From the IMG/VR virus record IMGVR_UViG_3300030419_000057, positions 1-60,885 of that record: a stretch of DNA of 60,885 bases. One strand, given 5' to 3'. This DNA comes from a virus (Duplodnaviria; Caudoviricetes). A model generated the notes under the pieces. That model did not search any database, had not been told where the DNA came from, and saw nothing but the letters and a program-made list of their open reading frames with translations. Positions 54,501 through 60,885 of the stretch are shown piece by piece. Position 1 is the first letter of the stretch. Every line of letters starts with the position of its first letter. The position numbers were made by a program, and so were the translations under genes.

Positions 54501-56136
54501 TAGAAATACAGCAGTTATATCACAAGGATTTGCTGCTAGTACTGCTGAATTAACTCAAGGTAATTTAACTCTTGGTGGTAGTTCGGGCGATCCACTTAGT
54601 AGTCCTTTCACTATACAAGAAGTTTCTAGTGGTAAATGGTATTTTGAAGGACGGCTTGATGCTATTGATACATCTACGGGTGGTCCTTCAATGGGATTCG
54701 CTCTATCAAGTGCTTTATCTAATTCTACTAATACTGCTGCAAGTCCAGCTAATTATTACACAATGAGAATAAGGGGAGGTCCATCTATTCAATGTAATAA
54801 TGATGGAGTCAGTTGGCAACCCTCTAATGCTCCTACTGTTGCTGTAGGAACGGTATATGGACTTTTTATTGATTGTGATAATGGAAAGGCATGGGGAGCC
54901 GTAGATGGCACTATAATGCAAAACTCAGCGGGAGATTCAGTTGGTAGTCCTAGTGCTGGAACTAATCCTACTTTTCTATTTCCAAATAATACTGCTATAA
55001 CATTTTTTGCAGGGGGTTCAAATGCTGGTGATATAACAATTAATACAGGAGCGTGGATATATTTTGATGGTGCTGCAACTACATTAGACTCTGATGCAGG
55101 AGGATATTTTCAATATACATCAATTCCTACTGGTTTTAAAGCTCTTAATCAAGATAACTTACCCGAAAACACGGCTGGTATTACAGGTTTTGCATGGATT
55201 AAAAACCGTGATGCTGCTGATAGTCATATATTAGCTGATAGAGTTAGAGGAGCAGGTTTATATCTTGAGAGTGATGATTCAGCAGTAGAAGCAACTAACA
55301 CCAACTCTGTTCAAAGATTTTTACAGCAGGGTGTTCAAGTCGGAAATATGGATGCTGTAAATACTGATGGGGAGTCATATGTACTTTGGCAATGGGCAGG
55401 TAATGGTACAGGCACAACTAACTCTGATGGTAGTGGGGCTGATGTTACTGTATCAGCTAATGCAACAGCAGGATTTAGTATAGTTAAATATGTAGGAGAT
55501 GATACTTCTGGTCGTACAATAGGAACAGGATTAACAGCACAACCAGCTTTTATATTAATAAAAAATATGGACAATGCTTCTTATGATTGGCAAGTCTATC
55601 ATCAAAGTATAGGTAATACAGCATCCCTTAGTTTAAATGTTACTGCTACAATATCTACTAGTTCTACATATTGGAATAATACTAGTCCTGCAACTTCAAG
55701 TCCTTTTGTATTTTCATTAGGAGATTCAGTTGCAACTAACAAAGCTAGTGATGATTTTATAGCTTATGTTTGGGCTGAAATAGAAGGTTATTCTCAATTC
55801 GGAGAATATACTGGAAGTGGTAATGCTGATGGACCTGTTATTAATTTAGGGTTTAAACCATCATTTGTTTTAATTAAGGCTACTCAACGATCAAACAACT
55901 GGCATATTTTTGACTCTGCTAGAAATCCCTATAACCAAATAACAAACGATGCATTATTCCCTGACCTTAATTTAGCGGAAGGTGGTACGAATGCTATAGA
56001 TTTTGGCAGTAACTTTTTTAAGTTGAGGACAGCAGAGGTTTGGTTGAATGCGTCATCTAGTAATAATTATATTTATGCTGCATTCGCAGAAAATCCATTT
56101 GGGGGGAGTGGGGTAGCACCTGCAACGGCTAGATGA
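51502..56136 (+). CDS. Large receptor-binding protein with LamG/ConA-like and SPRY-like domains
   Basis: TFSLSCWIK, RDPTAWYHI, SSGKFYWE and SSGKWYFE, NTWTHIAYTWDG, GSIDEVRV, YIYAAFAENPF. Confidence 0.8.
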   Translation: MVFSNNLLMGAAAAASGGGDVVYVPKGSIWFDRGNSYLTRTPGSAGNRKTFSLSCWIKYSTLSADQVIWDAAPSGDGNEDMFLIRSDNVPEWMGAGYDYAKATRVLRDPTAWYHILIVIDSTNVVASQRALMWINGELITNTAGNTITLNADATYWNNTNLHSIGNRQHPSVGASSRYGGYLSEAISLDGYAATPSDFGQYNSKGVWVPIDPTDLVTANKGSLGFWLDFADSSDLGNDVSGNNNDWALTGLSSTNASADRCSDEAGDTGNFATFNSAYREGSGYNVPLSNGNLTYANSGFGAVSSAIGTIGVSSGKFYWEVSWSAASPYLSSRVGIAQVDDRAANPDGGSSQYLGRTAGSWSFAAWASGANAGKKETNASFSSYYDTTVALTDKVGVAFDADNGAIWISVNGSWVDGSGGGQSSATVLASIETYANTYVMFDGLTSGPYVPVCTWDGSDGTGAINFGQTAFTYTPPSGFKKLNTSNMSEPAVSKSSDNFLPIIYEGNGTGQRVGNFIPFTDSYAVNYSARFDEGDPDYLSRTFRGAGSGTGKTWTYSVWVKRGDLSAAYGATLFGCSTGGSNGNIKFDGPSGTVDNGLALWVDNGTYYFRTNQKVTTSQSWVNIVIAVDTSQGSATNRVKIYINGSEVTSWQEYDTLPLNHDTSFGQANEHFIGYNIPNAGQPYDGYMAEACFVDGYALSASVFGQTDTSTNRWIPKEVTTATLNSAGGGSSGWGNNGFYFPFPQKTAYGLDTSQGASAALDAQTLFLASFDGSDAATSATDASNFSHTITFAGNAQLDTAIKKFGTAALLLDGSGDYVSMASFPALGSNAFCIEGWAYLTDGSGTQLAFIGNRDGGADDDSWLINIGGTAKRMSVRTDNTEVMSSDTDITLNTWTHIAYTWDGTTNRLFQAGALVASSTSFSPNYSDTNTLYIGHDGRGTTNDWPGSIDEVRVVKGSAVYTSTFTPPASAYSAPAAGNMFIPFSMDQTYGSNQMYDTPTRNTAVISQGFAASTAELTQGNLTLGGSSGDPLSSPFTIQEVSSGKWYFEGRLDAIDTSTGGPSMGFALSSALSNSTNTAASPANYYTMRIRGGPSIQCNNDGVSWQPSNAPTVAVGTVYGLFIDCDNGKAWGAVDGTIMQNSAGDSVGSPSAGTNPTFLFPNNTAITFFAGGSNAGDITINTGAWIYFDGAATTLDSDAGGYFQYTSIPTGFKALNQDNLPENTAGITGFAWIKNRDAADSHILADRVRGAGLYLESDDSAVEATNTNSVQRFLQQGVQVGNMDAVNTDGESYVLWQWAGNGTGTTNSDGSGADVTVSANATAGFSIVKYVGDDTSGRTIGTGLTAQPAFILIKNMDNASYDWQVYHQSIGNTASLSLNVTATISTSSTYWNNTSPATSSPFVFSLGDSVATNKASDDFIAYVWAEIEGYSQFGEYTGSGNADGPVINLGFKPSFVLIKATQRSNNWHIFDSARNPYNQITNDALFPDLNLAEGGTNAIDFGSNFFKLRTAEVWLNASSSNNYIYAAFAENPFGGSGVAPATAR

Positions 56137-56137
56137 T

Positions 56138-56731
56138 ATGGACCCAATTACAATAGGAACAGCTATAGGAGCATGTAAAGCAGCAGTAAATACAGCTAAG
56201 TCAATTCAAGAACTAAGCCATAGTTTACAAGATTTATGGACAGCAGAAACAGATTATAATGAAAAGAAAAGGAATAGAAAAAAAGAACCTGTTAAAGCTA
56301 CATCTCGTATGCAACAAATTATACGTAGACGAGCTAGAGAAGATGAAGATGCATATGGAGATGATACAAGTATAGCTAATGTAGCAACAGCCGTGTTAGC
56401 TGAAAAAGAAAACCAGATAGCTTTAGAAGAACTTGCTATTGAGATAGATAAAAAATGGGGAAAAGGAACGTGGGATAAGATAAGATTAGAAAGAGCTAGA
56501 CGTATAAAAGCAAGACATGAGGCAAAAAAAGAAGCAGCATTAAGAGCAAAACAAAAAAAAGAACAGGATGATGCTTTTATTAAAAAAGTTTTAATAGAAA
56601 GTGGTAAAGTAATACTTTTAATTATTTTTATTTTAGGGTTAATATATGGATTAATATGGGCTAAAGATAGAGAAAAGTCTAATAGATTTCCAGTAAAATC
56701 AGAAGTAGAGAAGTTATGGAATTTGGTGTAA
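56138..56731 (+). CDS. Coiled-coil membrane protein
   Basis: MDPITIG start, C-terminal TM. Confidence 0.6.
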   Translation: MDPITIGTAIGACKAAVNTAKSIQELSHSLQDLWTAETDYNEKKRNRKKEPVKATSRMQQIIRRRAREDEDAYGDDTSIANVATAVLAEKENQIALEELAIEIDKKWGKGTWDKIRLERARRIKARHEAKKEAALRAKQKKEQDDAFIKKVLIESGKVILLIIFILGLIYGLIWAKDREKSNRFPVKSEVEKLWNLV

Positions 56732-57054
56732 GAGAGTTAATTCAATTTGGTACTTTACTAGCTTCTTTAGCTGGAGCTTTTGCTGTTGTTAAATCTCAAC
56801 TAGCTAGAGTTATACAAGATATTAGTGCTATACAAAAAGAATTAGCTATTATTAATACTCGCATAGATCAAGCAGATGCAGATAGAGCAGTAATTAAACA
56901 TCAAAATAAAATATTTGGTGGTATCTTATCACCAGGAAATTTAGAAAAGTTAAATATAAAGATTGCAGAACTACAAACAGAAATGAAAATTGTTCATAAA
57001 AATTTAGATAAACTACATACGATGCATAATGGGAAACACCCTAGTATAAATTAA
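56716..57054 (+). CDS. Membrane-anchored coiled-coil protein
   Basis: N-terminal hydrophobic helix, ends MHNGKHP. Confidence 0.6.
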   Translation: MEFGVRELIQFGTLLASLAGAFAVVKSQLARVIQDISAIQKELAIINTRIDQADADRAVIKHQNKIFGGILSPGNLEKLNIKIAELQTEMKIVHKNLDKLHTMHNGKHPSIN

Positions 57055-57065
57055 AGGAGAAGACA

Positions 57066-57617
57066 ATGTTTGCGTTAGTAAAAGCTGGACAAGTTATTAA
57101 AGAGTTAAGGGGAGGAGCACCGTATACGGATGAAGCTGGTACTCAATATCCTGCTAGTATATTTTCTGTTTGGTCTGTTGATGAATTAGTTGCTATTAAT
57201 ATTTATCCACTTAATTATACAGATAATAACTTAGATGCTAAAACAGAAAAAGAAACTGGTTCTTATGAATATACTATTAATGATAAGTCAGTTTCTAAAC
57301 TAAAAGCTAAGTCAGACTTAGATATTGATGCTGTAAAGACTAATGAGATTTCTATAGTAAAAAGTAGTCAAAATAGTATATTAAGTTCTACTGACTGGTA
57401 TTATATTAGAAAGACGGATAAGGGTACGGCTATTCCTACAGATGTACAAAATTATAGAGATGCAGTAAGAACAGCAGGAGATAAAATGGTTACAGATATT
57501 ACGGCTGTAAGTGATAAAGCAGGATTCCAAGCATTGTATCCTGTATGGAATGAAGATAGAGAAAATACTGGTGGGACACTAGGCATTTGGCCTGATCCAG
57601 AAGATTATAATTTATAG
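57066..57617 (+). CDS. Tail fibre assembly chaperone-like protein
   Basis: QYPASIF..WS, LSSTDWYYIR...IP..VQNYRDAVR, terminal WP. Confidence 0.68.
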   Translation: MFALVKAGQVIKELRGGAPYTDEAGTQYPASIFSVWSVDELVAINIYPLNYTDNNLDAKTEKETGSYEYTINDKSVSKLKAKSDLDIDAVKTNEISIVKSSQNSILSSTDWYYIRKTDKGTAIPTDVQNYRDAVRTAGDKMVTDITAVSDKAGFQALYPVWNEDRENTGGTLGIWPDPEDYNL

Positions 57618-57627
57618 GAGATAAGTA

Positions 57628-58761
57628 ATGTCATCAACTTATACATCACGCATAAAACTGGAACTACAAGCTGATGGCGAAAATGCTAACACTTGGGGTC
57701 AGCGTTTAAATAATAATGTTATCCAACTGGTAGATGATGCTGTTGCAGCTTACACAACTATCTCAATAGGTAGTGCAAGTTATACACTTACAAATAATGA
57801 TGGTGCAACAGATGAAGCTAGAAGTGCTATACTAGAATTTACTGGAGTTGTATCTACTTCTATTAATGTTATTATTCCTAGTCAGTCTAAATTTTATTTA
57901 GTACGAGATAAAACTACTAGAGAAAGTGATGCATCTTATGTTTTACAAACGGCTGGTAATGCAGGAATAAGTCCTGCTGTAAGTTCTCGTGGAGTTTACT
58001 TCTGTGATGGTACAAATATTCATACCCTTAATGCTGCTGGATTAGGTTTAGGTACAGTAGCTTCTTTTGATGTAACAGATACTTCTATTGTAGGTAAAGC
58101 TGATGTTAATGGTGCTGTATCAGCAGCTACAGCTATAATAATAGATAATACTTCTACAGGTGGTGGAGCAGCCGTTAGTATTCAAGCTGGTTGGACAGTA
58201 CATGGTACATCCGTAGAAGCCAGTACCCACGTAGTTACTCGTGATAGTGCTACTCAAATTACAGTTAATACAGCACAAACATTAGCTGATGATACAGTAC
58301 TAACATTTAAATATCCTGTAAGTGCTACTCAAGTACCTGATGTATCTGCTGCTGATGCTAGATATGTACGAGTATCTACGGCTGATACAATTAGAGGAGC
58401 TAAGATATACACCAGTATAGCTACTTTTAATGCTCCTGTAGCTACTCCTGCTGTAACAGTTTCTTATCCTGGGTCATTAACTCTAGACTTTGCTACAGGT
58501 AATACATTTATTGTAAGTCTATCAGCTAATAATTGTAGTGTTAATACACCGTCTAATGCTACGGCTGGTCAATCAGGATCAATATATTTTATTCAAAATG
58601 TTTCAGGAGCACACACTGTAGCGTTTGGAAATGCATGGAGATTTCCAGAAGCTAGTGCTCCATCTAATAGTACATCAGTAAGTGCAGTTGATCTTGTAGT
58701 GTATAATGTACGATCAGCTACTACTATTGATGCCGTAATGTTAAAGTCCTTTGGAAGATAA
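57628..58761 (+). CDS. Tail protein / short fibre
   Basis: MSSTYT..LELQADGENANTWG N-terminus; C-terminal domain paralogous to that of 49481-51502. Confidence 0.68.
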   Translation: MSSTYTSRIKLELQADGENANTWGQRLNNNVIQLVDDAVAAYTTISIGSASYTLTNNDGATDEARSAILEFTGVVSTSINVIIPSQSKFYLVRDKTTRESDASYVLQTAGNAGISPAVSSRGVYFCDGTNIHTLNAAGLGLGTVASFDVTDTSIVGKADVNGAVSAATAIIIDNTSTGGGAAVSIQAGWTVHGTSVEASTHVVTRDSATQITVNTAQTLADDTVLTFKYPVSATQVPDVSAADARYVRVSTADTIRGAKIYTSIATFNAPVATPAVTVSYPGSLTLDFATGNTFIVSLSANNCSVNTPSNATAGQSGSIYFIQNVSGAHTVAFGNAWRFPEASAPSNSTSVSAVDLVVYNVRSATTIDAVMLKSFGR

Positions 58762-58764
58762 TAT

Positions 58765-60885
58765 ATGTCATCTATGAATTCCAAATATGTGAAGTTAAAC
58801 TTTAGGCCAGGGTTTCATAGGGAAACTACGCAGTATGCTGAAGAGGGTGCGTGGTATGATGGAGATCGTGTGCGTTTTAGAGCAGGAAGGCCAGAAAATT
58901 TAAGAGGGTATGCTCAAAAGACTACTACACCTTTTTTAGGTAATGCTAGAGATTTACTTACTTGGTCAGATAATGATACTCTTAAACATATGGTTTTTGG
59001 TACAGATAAAAAACTATATACCTATTATACTGATGATACAATCTATGATATAACTCCTATTGTTAGTAAAGTAAGTATACCTGCAAATCATATTAATACA
59101 GTTAATAATTCAAAGGTAGTAACTGTTTCTTTAACTTCACATAATTTAAGTGAAGGGGATTATGTTTTATTTACTAGTGTAAGAAATAGTGATAATACTT
59201 TAGATACTATTGGAGGTATAACTTTTAATAATAAAAATTTCCCTGTATCTTTAGTTGATATTAATATATTTACTATTACTGCTTCTACTAGTGCTACAGG
59301 TACAAGTACTGGAACTGGGCAATTAAATTATCTATTACCAACTGGAACATCTTCTGCTATTCAAGGTCTAGGTTATGGTGCTGGTGTATATAATGCAGCA
59401 TCGGCTGGAACTCCAGGTTATACCAGTACAGCTTTCTCTAATGCATTTAGTGTAGAAAGTGGTAAAACAAATGTAAGTGTAGCAAAAACAGGCCATAGCC
59501 ATGCGGTAGGAAACTTTGTAGAATTTTACGATGCTACAATGATTGGTGGTAATGTAGTCTTATCTTCTACGGCTCAAGGTGGACCTATATTCCAGATAAC
59601 AAGTGTACAAACTAATTCATTTAGTTTTTCTTTATCTTCTGTAGCTAATGCTACTAGTGCAGCAACAGGTACAGCTACAGGATTTTTCTTACCTGTATCT
59701 ATTACCACTACAGCAGGGTATAGAGCATGGGATGAAGAGGCAGATCAGAGTGGTATAACATTTGAAATATCTCAGTGGAGTTTAGATAATTGGGGTGAAG
59801 ATATACTTGCTAACCGTAGGGGTGATGGTATATACTATTATAATGTAGATGCAAGTTCTACCCCACAGAGAGCAGCATGGGTAACAGCTAATGATGCACC
59901 AACTAATGTTAGAACTATTTTGTTAGGAAATAAAAGACAGTTAATTGCATTTGGTTGTAGTGTTTATGGAGGTGATTATAGTCCAATGGCTGTTCGTTGG
60001 GCTGATTCAGAAAACTTTAATCAGTGGACACCAGCAACAAATAATACATCAGGAGATGTAATTCTTACAGATGGTACAGAAATTATAGGTGCAGTTAGAT
60101 CACGTAATGCTATTAATGTATGGACAGATAATTCTCTATGGTTAATGACATTTATTGGTGGTAATGATGTCTTTGGTTTTAAACAAATGGGTACTAATTG
60201 TGGATTGATTGCTACTCATGCAGCCGTAGACTTTGATGGTAGAACTTTTTGGATGGGAGAAGATAACTTCTATGCATTTGATGGACAGGTTAGAAATCTA
60301 GATTGCACAGTTAAAAGATATATCTTTGATAGGATTAATAAAACTAATAAGGATAAGATTTATGCTGGTATTAACTCAGAGTTTAAAGAAATTGTCTGGT
60401 TATATCCTTCAACAGGGCAGGATGAGTGCGATAGTTATGTTGTATTTAATCCAGTGGAAAACTATTGGGTATACGGAACAGGTTTCTGGACTACTTACTC
60501 AGATAAAAATGTCTATAATAATACCATTACTACTGGTACATCAAGCTCTGGTAATTCTTATCTTTATGATAATGAGCCAGTAAGTATTTATACAGGAACT
60601 AATAATACGGCCTTGACTTCTTACCTAGAATCTGCTACATTTGAAATAGATGATGGTTCTAGAATTATGTTTATGGATCGTATGATCCCTGATTTTACTA
60701 TGGATAATAGTGGTTCACTACAATTTAGTATTACCACTAAACAATATCCAACTAATACTTCAATTACAAAAGGACCATTTGAAATTACACCAACAACAAA
60801 GAAAGTAGATTTGAGAGCGAGAGGAAGGGAAGCTGCCGTAAGAGTATCATGTGATACGGCTGGTACTTCTTGGAGGTATGGCTCT
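58765..60885 (+). CDS. Tail (nozzle/stabilisation-like) protein, about 718 aa when joined to 249-284; missed by ORF track
   Basis: ATG at 58765; FRPGFHRETTQYAEEGAWYDGDRVRFR, WSLDNWGED, VRWADSE, MGTNCGLI; frame runs to the window end. Confidence 0.85.
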   Translation, partial: MSSMNSKYVKLNFRPGFHRETTQYAEEGAWYDGDRVRFRAGRPENLRGYAQKTTTPFLGNARDLLTWSDNDTLKHMVFGTDKKLYTYYTDDTIYDITPIVSKVSIPANHINTVNNSKVVTVSLTSHNLSEGDYVLFTSVRNSDNTLDTIGGITFNNKNFPVSLVDINIFTITASTSATGTSTGTGQLNYLLPTGTSSAIQGLGYGAGVYNAASAGTPGYTSTAFSNAFSVESGKTNVSVAKTGHSHAVGNFVEFYDATMIGGNVVLSSTAQGGPIFQITSVQTNSFSFSLSSVANATSAATGTATGFFLPVSITTTAGYRAWDEEADQSGITFEISQWSLDNWGEDILANRRGDGIYYYNVDASSTPQRAAWVTANDAPTNVRTILLGNKRQLIAFGCSVYGGDYSPMAVRWADSENFNQWTPATNNTSGDVILTDGTEIIGAVRSRNAINVWTDNSLWLMTFIGGNDVFGFKQMGTNCGLIATHAAVDFDGRTFWMGEDNFYAFDGQVRNLDCTVKRYIFDRINKTNKDKIYAGINSEFKEIVWLYPSTGQDECDSYVVFNPVENYWVYGTGFWTTYSDKNVYNNTITTGTSSSGNSYLYDNEPVSIYTGTNNTALTSYLESATFEIDDGSRIMFMDRMIPDFTMDNSGSLQFSITTKQYPTNTSITKGPFEITPTTKKVDLRARGREAAVRVSCDTAGTSWRYGS
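60638..60885. repeat. Terminal overlap, right copy
   Basis: Matches 1-248 with about 17 substitutions. Confidence 0.95.

Noticed and set aside
60326-60583. 85-aa ORF in the track
   Set aside because: Alternative frame inside the long tail gene starting at 58765

Overview
The window is an essentially complete, circularly permuted genome (about 60.64 kb unique) of an AT-rich lytic podovirus-like dsDNA phage. Positions 1-248 recur at 60638-60885 with about 17 mostly synonymous differences. The genome has two arms. The minus-strand arm (about 35.4 kb down to 11.5 kb) carries small early genes, a T7-like replisome (primase/helicase, family A DNA polymerase, SSB, exonuclease, resolvase), ThyX, class II RNR, a Na/Pi-transporter-like protein, glycosyltransferases, IscA, a holin and TerS. 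The plus-strand arm (35.5 kb to the end, wrapping to 11.5 kb) carries TerL, portal, GroES, scaffold, capsid, tail, ejection proteins and an M15 endolysin. I saw no RNA polymerase, integrase or CRISPR array; transcription appears to use sigma70-type promoters. The gene content suggests a marine alphaproteobacterial host (inference). The most unusual part is RNA-level, in the early region. (i) About nine dispersed covarying hairpins sit between genes, mostly directly ahead of Shine-Dalgarno sequences. (ii) A 1.1-kb cluster of structured ncRNA modules (32770-33880) contains a D-stem-less tRNA-like RNA with a CUA loop triplet, twin covarying pseudoknots and repeated GUAGC-loop hairpins. (iii) An unannotated ArfA-like peptide lies nearby. 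In addition, a GG[QKE][VLIM] motif occurs 13 times in six putative virion-internal proteins, and two inserted genes are each followed by a relic copy of the upstream gene's 3' end. All calls come from motif reading by eye, without database searches.
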